The position numbers were made by a program, and so were the translations under genes. A DNA stretch of 18,291 nt from assembly GCA_001563875.1 (NCBI GenBank), contig LKMN01000015.1, forward strand, positions 1-18,291, given 5' to 3'. This DNA is from Nanohaloarchaea archaeon B1-Br10_U2g1. Its GTDB lineage: Archaea; Nanohalarchaeota; Nanosalinia; Nanosalinales; Nanosalinaceae. The notes below the pieces were generated by a model, which worked only from the letters and a program-made list of their open reading frames with translations, was not told the origin of the DNA and ran no database searches. Below, one piece after another: positions 8,483-16,938 of this stretch (within the stretch, counting starts at the first letter, position 1; each line of letters begins with the position of its first letter).

Positions 8483-8683
8483 TTACCAGGGATCGTGTTC
8501 GTATCCTCTTTCTTCAGCTCTTTCGATCATGTCTTCCTCGCTCTTTTCGTCTGTTGATGCATACATCCATTCTTCGATTTCGCCCATTTTCTCTAAAGCT
8601 GTAACTTCTTCCTTAGACATGATTGATACGTTCGCGGTATCGTTGCTGTATATCTCGATAATCCAAAAGCTTTCATCAGACAT
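8483..8683 (-). CDS. Small acidic hypothetical protein (66 aa)
   Basis: MSDESFWIIEIY...GYEHDPW; strongly acidic like the rest of the proteome; TTAAAAT at 8717-8711 upstream of ATG8683. Confidence 0.75.
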   Translation of the reverse strand: MSDESFWIIEIYSNDTANVSIMSKEEVTALEKMGEIEEWMYASTDEKSEEDMIERAEERGYEHDPW

Positions 8684-8809
8684 AACAATAACTAGTTTAG
8701 ACACGTACACATTTTAATACTGGTACATGTTATGCGTTGTCTAATTATCTCCGTATCTTGACAAGTTTTCTAGCGGAAGGGTGTTCAGAATCTCTGTTTC
8801 AGCAGACTG

Positions 8810-9247
8810 TCAATCCGTATTTACATCTATTGTTTCTTCCATTTCGGGACATTGCTGGCTGGTAGCAACCAATTTCTCCGGGTCATCTTGATTGGTATCA
8901 ACATCTATTTCGGTGGTACGTGTTCCATCAACCTCAAGTCTGCTTATGCTATCCTCATTTATCACTGTTGTCGATGAAGACATTAGATAGAGGTATACAT
9001 CTTCCTGGAACGTTATCGTGCCTGTATTGGTTATATCGGTCTCGACAGTTCTATCTGTTTCAGAGTATTCAGCCCTATCTATTCTAAAGTTAGCGTTCTC
9101 ACAGTTCATCTCTGACTCCATGTTTTCAACTGCTTGCTCTGTAAAGCTTTCAGCGTATTCTGGAGCCCAGCCAGAGTATATTCCTACTACTGTTACAGCT
9201 ACTGCTATCAGTATCACTGAGGTTATTATCGAGGATATTCCTTTCAT
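8810..9247 (-). CDS. Archaeal type IV pilin (class III signal peptide)
   Basis: MKG|ISSIITSVILIAVAVTVVG prepilin-peptidase site followed by a hydrophobic helix; NTG beta-strand motif; two Cys. Confidence 0.9.
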   Translation of the reverse strand: MKGISSIITSVILIAVAVTVVGIYSGWAPEYAESFTEQAVENMESEMNCENANFRIDRAEYSETDRTVETDITNTGTITFQEDVYLYLMSSSTTVINEDSISRLEVDGTRTTEIDVDTNQDDPEKLVATSQQCPEMEETIDVNTD

Positions 9248-9675
9248 CAGTAATCAAGGTTCGAGTTGACGTCTCCACAGTCTACAGAGAACACGGTTAT
9301 GTAATCCGGTTCTTCTTCAACGGTGAAGCTAACCTCCTTGAGAGAGCCTTCTCCAACTTCCAATCCTTCTTCCTCGCCTAGAGGCAGATCATCCTGATCA
9401 AACGCTACAACGTTGACAGGGCTTTCATCCGAAAAGTCAGTGTTGCCGTTGTTCCTTACTGCTGCATCTAGCTCGCTATCTCCATCGTATGATGCAGAGT
9501 ACATCTCTACAGATGCTTGATCACATTCTATACGTTGGTCTGCTGTTTCCTCGGTTGATTCTGTGAAGGTCTGCACTATTGTTGGAGCCCAACCTGAAAA
9601 TATTCCTGCAACTGATAAACTTACAGCGATAAGTAGAACTGATGCAATTATTGGCGAAATTCCTTTACGTCTCAT
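9247..9675 (-). CDS. Archaeal type IV pilin (class III signal peptide)
   Basis: MRRKG|ISPIIASVLLIAVSLSVAG; VRNNG; two Cys; TGATG stop/start overlap with the next pilin. Confidence 0.92.
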   Translation of the reverse strand: MRRKGISPIIASVLLIAVSLSVAGIFSGWAPTIVQTFTESTEETADQRIECDQASVEMYSASYDGDSELDAAVRNNGNTDFSDESPVNVVAFDQDDLPLGEEEGLEVGEGSLKEVSFTVEEEPDYITVFSVDCGDVNSNLDY

Positions 9676-9699
9676 ATGTAAATTTTATTGTGTTCTTCC

Positions 9700-9707
9700 T
9701 TATTTAA
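9700..9707 (-). promoter_or_regulatory. Putative TATA box for the pilin pair
   Basis: TTAAATAA on the minus strand, 25-32 nt upstream of the pilin ATG, in the 42-nt gap after the platform gene. Confidence 0.55.
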
Positions 9708-9717
9708 GTTGTCTGTA

Positions 9718-10932
9718 TCAGAGGAAGAATGTTACGGCAAGATATCCCAGAGCGAAAAGTATTGCGGTATGTTTGAGACCGGCCTTTAGCTCTCCCTCTG
9801 AAAGTTTGCCGATTATAAGGCCTGAAAATAATCCTTGTATGAACACAAGTCTCTGGAACCATGTGTTATACAGGTTTATGTTGTCCTGAAGATCTTCTCC
9901 ACCTTCGCCGATACCTCCTACACCCATATCTGATCCTCCTAGCGCCTCTTGAGCACCGGCCAAGTTAGGCAGAAGGAAGTTGTTCAGAGCGATTAAAATA
10001 CCTATGAATATAAAGTAGACTACGTATCCAGTAATCATCTCTCCATAAAGCTGTGACTCTCTCTGCTGCTTAAGCGTCTTAATAGATCTTATATTCTCTC
10101 CTACAGACTCCAGAACGTCCTGAACATTGCCTCCGGACTCATAAGCCTGTATTATGGTGTCAACAGATCTTTTTATTAGAGGAGACTTTGTCTCTTTTCC
10201 AAAGGTTTTCAGGACTTGATCGAAAGGTATGCCCCAGTCGAGTTGTGCGGTCATTTTCTCAATATGTTTGTCTAAAGCTCCGTAACTACCCTCATTAGTG
10301 CTTTTTATTGCTTGCGGTAAAGACATCCCTGCTCTAGTACCTTCAACAACATCTCTCAAAAACTCAGGGAATTTCTGCTCTATTTTTTTCCTTTCTACAT
10401 ACTGAGTGTACTTTACATACATTAGAGGTGCAGCAACTAGTATAATCGCGGTAAGATTAGTTACTACAAATATGAGCTGTTGAAAGTTCGTTGAAGACGT
10501 AACAGAAGCCGACACCAAGGCTTGATCCTCAAAACCGATAGACTCTCGTCTTACTCCTACGGTATTCTCCTCCTCTAGAATCTCGGAATCTACAGTCACG
10601 GACTCAGTGTTGCTATTCGCCTCATCAACTCGTTCGTTGTTGATATATATTGTCAGAGCAGTATCTCTGTCTACGTTCTCAAACACAAAATCTATCTCTG
10701 TGTTCTGTGCTAGTTGAGGCTCATCTATGGAGAAAAAGAAGACTGCGCCATCTTCGTTGGTTATTACTTGAGTCTCATCAGTGTACATTATATTGGTGGC
10801 GTTCTGGTGGTTCCAATAGTTCAGACCTGCAATAAGGACTCCTAAGACAAAAGCTCCTGCAATTAAAATTATTAATTTCTCGTTATGCCTCCAGAAGTTC
10901 TGTAGTTTCAGCTTATAATCTTCCATATTCAT
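9718..10932 (-). CDS. Type II secretion system F / PilC-TadB-like platform protein with an extra N-terminal extracellular domain
   Basis: IEQKFPEFLRD..AGMSLPQA...YGAL...WGIPF...ESGG..L..., ending GLIIGKLSEGELKAGLKH; about 110-aa polar domain between the first two TM helices. Confidence 0.9.
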   Translation of the reverse strand: MNMEDYKLKLQNFWRHNEKLIILIAGAFVLGVLIAGLNYWNHQNATNIMYTDETQVITNEDGAVFFFSIDEPQLAQNTEIDFVFENVDRDTALTIYINNERVDEANSNTESVTVDSEILEEENTVGVRRESIGFEDQALVSASVTSSTNFQQLIFVVTNLTAIILVAAPLMYVKYTQYVERKKIEQKFPEFLRDVVEGTRAGMSLPQAIKSTNEGSYGALDKHIEKMTAQLDWGIPFDQVLKTFGKETKSPLIKRSVDTIIQAYESGGNVQDVLESVGENIRSIKTLKQQRESQLYGEMITGYVVYFIFIGILIALNNFLLPNLAGAQEALGGSDMGVGGIGEGGEDLQDNINLYNTWFQRLVFIQGLFSGLIIGKLSEGELKAGLKHTAILFALGYLAVTFFL

Positions 10933-11856
10933 TTAGTCCACCGATAAAGCTAGGAATATCACGAAGAGCCCGTTTATTAGAGGTATAATAACGTGTATAC
11001 CTAGCCACATTAAGTCGCTAATCGCAAAACCTCCTATTGTCCCGCCTAAAAGATTCATAACTGCGAGTACAACTACTAGGAATACTGGAGCGGCAATAAG
11101 AATTGCTGTGTAAAATGAAGCGTACGTACTAAGTTTCTTTATCTCTTTCTCCCTCTCCATGTTGTATTCAAATAAAGCTTCGTCTGCTTTCTGTTGTATG
11201 TATGATTTTAAACTGCCTCCTGTTTCTACTGTGGAAACAATACCATAAAGCACCTCTTCCCAGTCTTCGCTAGGACTTTTCTCTGCTACATCTCTTAGGG
11301 CTGTTGTAAGGTCTTCTCCAAAGACATTTACTCGTCTTGAGATTTCTCCTGCCTCATCTGATATAGCGCCGTATTCATCGAAGGAATCAAGGAGTTCAAA
11401 CATTGCTACCGGAGATATTCCGGAAGTTGCTATTGCGCCTAGGTGGTTCAACGCAAAAGGAAGGTTCTCATCTATCTTTTTTCTCCTCTTGTTAGCCCTC
11501 TTTGAGGGATAGAAGTACATTGTTGCAAATATAACTACAGAGAGCGCAATTGGAACACCTATCACAAACCTCAAGGCCTCTACAGCGGCTAAACCTTGAA
11601 CTATCGAATAGGCTGTCCCTCCGACAAGACCCAGTATGAAAGTTAGTAGCGAATAAAGGAATATTTTGGAAACATAGGTTCGGTAGAGTGTGTCCATGTT
11701 CGCCTTCTTCAGATCGTCTTTCAAACCTTCGAACTGTTTGCCGTGATTGTCCACAGTAGGTCCAAATAGAGCATTTGCGGCGGCGTTAACACTATCTGTC
11801 TTTAAAGCTCTAGAAAGACGTTTCTTTAGGTCTTCACTGAAAGGGTTAGAGCTCAT
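10933..11856 (-). CDS. Type II secretion system F / PilC-TadC-like platform protein
   Basis: LKKANM....Y; YP...A..R...IDENLPFA; YG.IS.E; FGEDL..AL; SPS; TGGSL..Y. Confidence 0.92.
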   Translation of the reverse strand: MSSNPFSEDLKKRLSRALKTDSVNAAANALFGPTVDNHGKQFEGLKDDLKKANMDTLYRTYVSKIFLYSLLTFILGLVGGTAYSIVQGLAAVEALRFVIGVPIALSVVIFATMYFYPSKRANKRRKKIDENLPFALNHLGAIATSGISPVAMFELLDSFDEYGAISDEAGEISRRVNVFGEDLTTALRDVAEKSPSEDWEEVLYGIVSTVETGGSLKSYIQQKADEALFEYNMEREKEIKKLSTYASFYTAILIAAPVFLVVVLAVMNLLGGTIGGFAISDLMWLGIHVIIPLINGLFVIFLALSVD

Positions 11857-12491
11857 CTTATCTTGAGTCCGTCGTTTTCAAATACGTATTCATGGACTCC
11901 GTGATTGTAGTCGGAGCCTCTCAACTTTTTGACATATATCTCTCTCTTTACCCTTCCTTTCTCTCTTTTGACCTCCATATTTATTATTCCATCAGATACT
12001 TCTTCCTCAATGTTTGTTGCTTCCTCATCTTCAGCTATCAGTAGAACGGTTGAACCTACAGAGGCAAGCTCCTTTTTTATCGATAACAGGTTTTTTCTAA
12101 TATCTTTCCTAGAATCTATATATAAATCAAGATCTGTTATAGGATCTATAACAACTCTTCTCGCACTGTTTTCTTTTACAGTACCTCTAAGCATATTTGC
12201 AACTTCTTCGTGTCTGTAAGGATCCATTTTACGGATATTTATCTTGCCTTGGTTGACATGATTCTTGAACTCCCAGTCAAAAGTGTTGGTTCTCAGTATC
12301 TCGTCTTTTGTATCCTGAAAAGATACGTATAGACCGCTTTCTCCTCTAAGAGCGCCTCTGTAGAGGAATTCCAGACCTAGGTTGGATTTGCCTGCTCCAG
12401 GCTCACCATTTATCAAAATCATCTCTTTCTCTGGTATTCCGCCTCCGCATAACCTATCAAGGTTGTGTATGTCTGTTTTAACCTTTCTCAT
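11853..12491 (-). CDS. Single-domain KaiC/RAD55-like (ArlH/FlaH-like) ATPase
   Basis: TDIHNLDRLCGGGIP, Walker A GEPGAGKS, Walker B RVVIDP, SDGII, KLRGS Arg-finger segment; ATGA overlap with the downstream platform gene. Confidence 0.9.
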   Translation of the reverse strand: MRKVKTDIHNLDRLCGGGIPEKEMILINGEPGAGKSNLGLEFLYRGALRGESGLYVSFQDTKDEILRTNTFDWEFKNHVNQGKINIRKMDPYRHEEVANMLRGTVKENSARRVVIDPITDLDLYIDSRKDIRKNLLSIKKELASVGSTVLLIAEDEEATNIEEEVSDGIINMEVKREKGRVKREIYVKKLRGSDYNHGVHEYVFENDGLKIR

Positions 12492-12494
12492 TTT

Positions 12495-14417
12495 TCACTC
12501 CTCAAAAGGATTTTCTACATCTTCTTGTTTTCCGAAGAGGTCCTCTGGCTCTTCCTCTGTATTGGAACCTATCTGCTCAAGCTTGTTTCTTTCGGCCTTT
12601 AGACGTCTCTCCAGCTCTGCTACCGGGTTTTCATCCATATTCTTCTTGCTTTTTATTGGTGTGTTGTCGTCAATCCGGGTTTCTTCAACTGTTTCCTCCT
12701 TCTTTTCGTCTTGATCCTTCTCTCTTTCGATGTCAGATTCTAGCCTTCTTGTTCTTGATATATCTACTTTCTCCTCAGCTCCCATAACTTCGTCAAGAGT
12801 GTAGTTTCCTTCCTCAGAGTTAACCATTTTCAGGATTTCTTCTTTGTCTTTATAGTATTCTGCTATAATCTGTGAGACAGTGTCGAAGTCCTTTACGTTT
12901 CTTTCTTGCAGCCACTCAAGAACTTTTGTTCTGTTTTCTAGTTCTTTATGCAGGTTTTTCTTAGATATTCCGTAGTCGTTGCTTATTTTGTCGAATAAGT
13001 AGGGCTCCCCTCTCTTGTGATAGGAGTCGTCCATGGCCGTCCATACAAATGCTTCGTTTGTTCTGGCTGAGGAAGATTCTCCAACGACTTTTTGCATCTC
13101 GTGAATAGACTTCACTCTTCTAGCACTTTTTTCTACTCCTTTGGCGTGTGTCATGACCACCATAACATCGATTGCTTCAACTAAAGCAGGAGAAAGAGAG
13201 ATTGGCGGTGTTGTAAGTCTTTTGACAACTGCGTTAGGCGATGATGCGTGCATGGTACCCATTGAAGGGTGTCCTGAAGACATACCCTGGAAAAGAACTG
13301 ATGCCTCCTCGCCTCTGACCTCTCCGACGACCACGTAGTCCGGATTCTGTCTGAAAGACTCTTTTAACAGGTCATCCATGTCTACGTTTCCGTGCTGCTC
13401 TGTTCCAAACATCTGTCTTGTGACAGAAGGTATCCAGTTTTCGTGAGGGAGCTGTAACTCTCTTGTGTCTTCGATCGATACAATTTTGTCTTCTGGAGGA
13501 ATAAATGAGATGGTCGCGTTAAGGAAGCTTGTCTTACCTGTCGCTGTACCCCCGCATACTAGAATGGACTGACGATATTCTTGACACAGCCATAGATAAG
13601 CCATCAAATCTGCTGAGGCCGTACCTAGATCCATCATGTTAACAGCCGAGAAAGGAGTTTCTTGGAACTTTCTGATTGAAAATGTGGGTCCGTGAGAGGT
13701 AACATCTTCTGTCAGTGATGCATTCACTCTCGAACCGTCCGGAAGCGCTCCATCTAGTAATGGGTTGGCGTAAGAGACGTAGCTCCCACATCTTTCAGCT
13801 AGCTTGATAACAAGATTTTCAAGTATGGTTTGATCATCAAACACTACGCTGGATTTAACCGATCCAAACTCGCTGTGAACAGCGAATATCGGTGTTCCTG
13901 TGCCGTCACATCCTAGATCCTCAATGTAAGGGTCATGCATAAACGGTTCTACTCTTCCAAGACCCACAAAGTCTCTATAGATGAAGTAAAGAACCTTTTT
14001 GTGCTGTTCATCTGTTAGATTTAGTCCGAGCTCTCTTAGAAGTTCGCTTACCTGTTCTCGGAGATAAGAGATTATCTTATCTCTTCCTTTCATAGAACTC
14101 AAAGAGACGTCTATCTTTTCGGAGAGATTCTCTTTTATCGTGTTGAGAAGCATCTCATCTTCTTCGGAGAGTCGTGGCTCCTCCACTTTGTATATAATTG
14201 CCTTCTCTTTCTCATCCCATTTTATATGTGCGTAGGCGAAAGGCTTGATTAAAGGATACTTTACATCAACCTCGGATAGTTTTTCTGCCTTACTGACCAT
14301 TTTTATGTCTTGTTTATCGCTTATTGTAAAATCGAAGTCATCTCCAAGCTCAAAAACTAATTCTTGATCCTCATAGTTCCCTGAGATCGTCTCCTTGAGA
14401 TCCGAAAATAATGACAT
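12495..14417 (-). CDS. pilB: Type II/IV secretion / pilus assembly ATPase (PilB/VirB11/ArlI family)
   Basis: DPYIEDL, LPDGSRV, FSIRKF, Walker A GGTATGKT, Asp box IEDTREL, RQNPDYVVVGEVRG Walker B, His box GHPSMGTMH; acidic C-terminal tail. Confidence 0.95.
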   Translation of the reverse strand: MSLFSDLKETISGNYEDQELVFELGDDFDFTISDKQDIKMVSKAEKLSEVDVKYPLIKPFAYAHIKWDEKEKAIIYKVEEPRLSEEDEMLLNTIKENLSEKIDVSLSSMKGRDKIISYLREQVSELLRELGLNLTDEQHKKVLYFIYRDFVGLGRVEPFMHDPYIEDLGCDGTGTPIFAVHSEFGSVKSSVVFDDQTILENLVIKLAERCGSYVSYANPLLDGALPDGSRVNASLTEDVTSHGPTFSIRKFQETPFSAVNMMDLGTASADLMAYLWLCQEYRQSILVCGGTATGKTSFLNATISFIPPEDKIVSIEDTRELQLPHENWIPSVTRQMFGTEQHGNVDMDDLLKESFRQNPDYVVVGEVRGEEASVLFQGMSSGHPSMGTMHASSPNAVVKRLTTPPISLSPALVEAIDVMVVMTHAKGVEKSARRVKSIHEMQKVVGESSSARTNEAFVWTAMDDSYHKRGEPYLFDKISNDYGISKKNLHKELENRTKVLEWLQERNVKDFDTVSQIIAEYYKDKEEILKMVNSEEGNYTLDEVMGAEEKVDISRTRRLESDIEREKDQDEKKEETVEETRIDDNTPIKSKKNMDENPVAELERRLKAERNKLEQIGSNTEEEPEDLFGKQEDVENPFEE

Positions 14418-14465
14418 CTCTACTAGATATGATTGTCGGGCTTGTTAATAATACCAACCCAGAAA

Positions 14466-16115
14466 CTACATTTTCTCCAGAGACTCGATTCCTAGAAGCT
14501 CTAATCCTGTATCTGTTACTTCTACGAACAACTCGACTAACTTCAGCCTTCTTTTTGTATCCTTTTCCTCTACATCTAAAACAGGGCATTCGTGGTAGAA
14601 GGTGTTGAAAGCCTCACATAGCGTTGAAAGATAGTTGGCTACTTTAACGGGTTCTCTCTGTTCTGCAGCGTTTTCCACTTTTTCAGGGAACTCTCCTATC
14701 TTTTTGAGAAGACGGTACTCTGTCTCATTAAACTCTCCCATGAACTCTCCTTCGGTATCTGCTTTCTCCATTATGCTTTTGGCACGTGTATTGGAGTACT
14801 GCAGGTAAGGACCTGAGTCTCCTTCGAATGACAGAACATTATCCCAGTTGAACTCTATATCTTTTCTACGTGAAACCTTAAGGTTTGCGTATTTGACGGC
14901 TCCTAGACCTATTTTTTCAGCGTTTTCAAGTCTTTCTTCGTCTTCAATCCTTTTCTCCGCTTCTTTAACCGCCATATCTAGAAGATCTGAGAGAGTGATG
15001 ATATTTCCTTCTCTTGAAGACATGCCTCCTTCTTCAAGGTTTAACATACCGTATGAGATATGTTCGTTCTCTAAGTCTGTTATACCGAATTTTTCAGTGA
15101 TTTTGAAGAGCTGTTGGAAATGAAGCTCTTGTTCTGAACCCACTATATACAGGTTCTGGTCGAAACCCTCTGACTCTCTTTTCTCGATATTGGCTATGTC
15201 GCGTGTGATATAAAGTGTTGTGCCGTCTGATTTCCTTACAATTATGCTAGGAAGGTCTTCGTCTTCGAACTCGGCGTAAATACTTCCGTCTGGATCTTTA
15301 TCGAATATATTTTTTTCAATACCTCTTTCGACTATTTCATCTCCTTTCTCAACTACTTTAGACTCTCCTGTTATCCTGTCGAACTCTATGCCCATCCGCT
15401 CATACTCTCTCATGTCGTATTCGATGGTGAACTCTCTCAGCTTTTTCCAGAGTCTTTTGGCTTCCTCATCTCCATCTTCTAATCTTTTGGACCATTCGGC
15501 TGCTTTTTCCACCATTTCTGGGTCGTTTTCTGCTTCTTCATGGAACTTCACGTAGAGATTGTAGATATGGTCCATAGGGTTTCTGTCCAGTTCTTCCTCT
15601 GAACCGTACTTCTTGAAGGCGAATATAGACTTTCCGAACTGCGCTCCCCAGTCTCCAATATAGTTTTCGGAAGTCACGTTGTAACCTGAGAACTTCAGTA
15701 TTCTCTGCAGAGAGTCTCCCAAACAGTTGTTTCTAACATGGCCGATATGCATAGGCTTGGCTATGTTCGGAGATGAGAACTCCAGCAGAACTTCTTCTTC
15801 TTTCCTGTTAATGCCCATTCTGCTTGACTCAATCTGTTCAGAGATCTTTTCTGCGTAGACCTCTCTGTTTAGATGGATGTTCAAGTAGCCTGGACCGGCT
15901 ACGGAAGTCTCTTCTATAAACTCTAGGTTCTCAAACTGTTCCTCAACTTCTTCAGCAAGTTTTCTGGGGTTAGCTCCGTTCTTGGAGGCTGCCTTCATCA
16001 CAGGGTATGCGAAGTCTCCGTGTTCGGGCTCAGGTAACTCTATATCGTTTTCATCTACTTCTACTTCGAGCCTTTTTTGGAGCTCTTCCGCCAGCTTGTT
16101 TTTGATTTCTTTCAT
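14466..16115 (-). CDS. argS: Arginine--tRNA ligase
   Basis: HGDFA, GPGYLN, EFSSPNIAKPMHIGH, NYIGDWGAQ, KSDGTTLYITRD, GMSSREG, FEGDSGPYLQY, DALR domain ending LEKM. ATG16115 with TTTTGAAG at 16144-16137. Confidence 0.97.
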   Translation of the reverse strand: MKEIKNKLAEELQKRLEVEVDENDIELPEPEHGDFAYPVMKAASKNGANPRKLAEEVEEQFENLEFIEETSVAGPGYLNIHLNREVYAEKISEQIESSRMGINRKEEEVLLEFSSPNIAKPMHIGHVRNNCLGDSLQRILKFSGYNVTSENYIGDWGAQFGKSIFAFKKYGSEEELDRNPMDHIYNLYVKFHEEAENDPEMVEKAAEWSKRLEDGDEEAKRLWKKLREFTIEYDMREYERMGIEFDRITGESKVVEKGDEIVERGIEKNIFDKDPDGSIYAEFEDEDLPSIIVRKSDGTTLYITRDIANIEKRESEGFDQNLYIVGSEQELHFQQLFKITEKFGITDLENEHISYGMLNLEEGGMSSREGNIITLSDLLDMAVKEAEKRIEDEERLENAEKIGLGAVKYANLKVSRRKDIEFNWDNVLSFEGDSGPYLQYSNTRAKSIMEKADTEGEFMGEFNETEYRLLKKIGEFPEKVENAAEQREPVKVANYLSTLCEAFNTFYHECPVLDVEEKDTKRRLKLVELFVEVTDTGLELLGIESLEKM

Positions 16116-16161
16116 AATACTGGTTGTTTTGTTAAACTTCAAAACGTTTGTTTAGGTAAGA

Positions 16162-16938
16162 CTACTGAGAGATCTGTCTTTCAAGCAGTTCTAAGATTTT
16201 TTTACTGTTCTTAAGGGTTTTGTTCTCTATATCGAGCGGGGGAGCTACCTCTACCAGGTCTCCATGGTCGGGTTCCACAGCTTCTATCACTTTTCTTACG
16301 CTGTCTATACCTAGTTCTCCGTCGGTATATCCTGTTCCGGGTGCAAGTTGTTCTTTCAGTACGTCTATATCTACTGAAAGATATACAGGTTGTTCGTCTT
16401 CTTTGAACTCTCGTAAGAACTTGTCGAGTTCAGATGAACGGTAGATGTTTAGGTTCGAACCGTGCATGAACTGCTCTTCGTCACCATCGATCTGTGTTAT
16501 ACCAACAAGATATATCTCTTCTTCAGAGAATCCATGTCTCAACAGCTCTCTAACAACAACGTCGTGTGAAACATGGTTTTCAACTTTCTCCTTCAGATCA
16601 AGATGAGAGTCAAGCCATACAAGCTTCAAACCAGGATTTCTTCTTTTCAAAGCACGTATGACAGGGTAAGAAATGGAGTGGTCACCTCCTAAAGATATCA
16701 AAGGCTTTTCGTAGTCCAGAAGCTCTTCAGTATTATCTTCAATCCTTCTATGTGTGTTTTCTAGGCTGAACTCGTCAGGGAAAACATCGTCAACCAAAAC
16801 ATTCTTTGAGAATTCAAAACCGTCTAGTATCTCTTCTGGACCGTTCAAGGTACCTTTACGCGGATTCCTGTGAATACCTATATCGCATGGAAGCTTCTGA
16901 ATAACGATATCTGCTTCGTCTAGGGAGTTAACCTTCAT
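16162..16938 (-). CDS. Ureohydrolase (agmatinase/arginase family)
   Basis: GGDHS, DSHLD and SVDID (all six canonical metal ligands), APGTG, VEVAP. Confidence 0.9.
   Translation of the reverse strand: MKVNSLDEADIVIQKLPCDIGIHRNPRKGTLNGPEEILDGFEFSKNVLVDDVFPDEFSLENTHRRIEDNTEELLDYEKPLISLGGDHSISYPVIRALKRRNPGLKLVWLDSHLDLKEKVENHVSHDVVVRELLRHGFSEEEIYLVGITQIDGDEEQFMHGSNLNIYRSSELDKFLREFKEDEQPVYLSVDIDVLKEQLAPGTGYTDGELGIDSVRKVIEAVEPDHGDLVEVAPPLDIENKTLKNSKKILELLERQISQ

Noticed and set aside
8718-8809. Intergenic gap as a possible C/D box sRNA (two CTGA on the minus strand); also TGATGA at 5593-5598
   Set aside because: No correctly ordered C box / D box pair or terminal stem in either gap.
11853-12491. 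KaiC-like gene as a circadian clock component
   Set aside because: Single domain, no kaiA/kaiB nearby, and embedded in a pilus operon.
8810-14417. Reading the locus as an archaellum (arlB-arlH-arlI-arlJ)
   Set aside because: The filament proteins are short pilin-type, there are two separate single-domain platform genes, and no arlF/G/CDE is present; a pilus fits better.
15005-15035. ArgRS has GMSSR instead of KMSKS
   Set aside because: ArgRS commonly has a degenerate KMSKS motif; not unusual.
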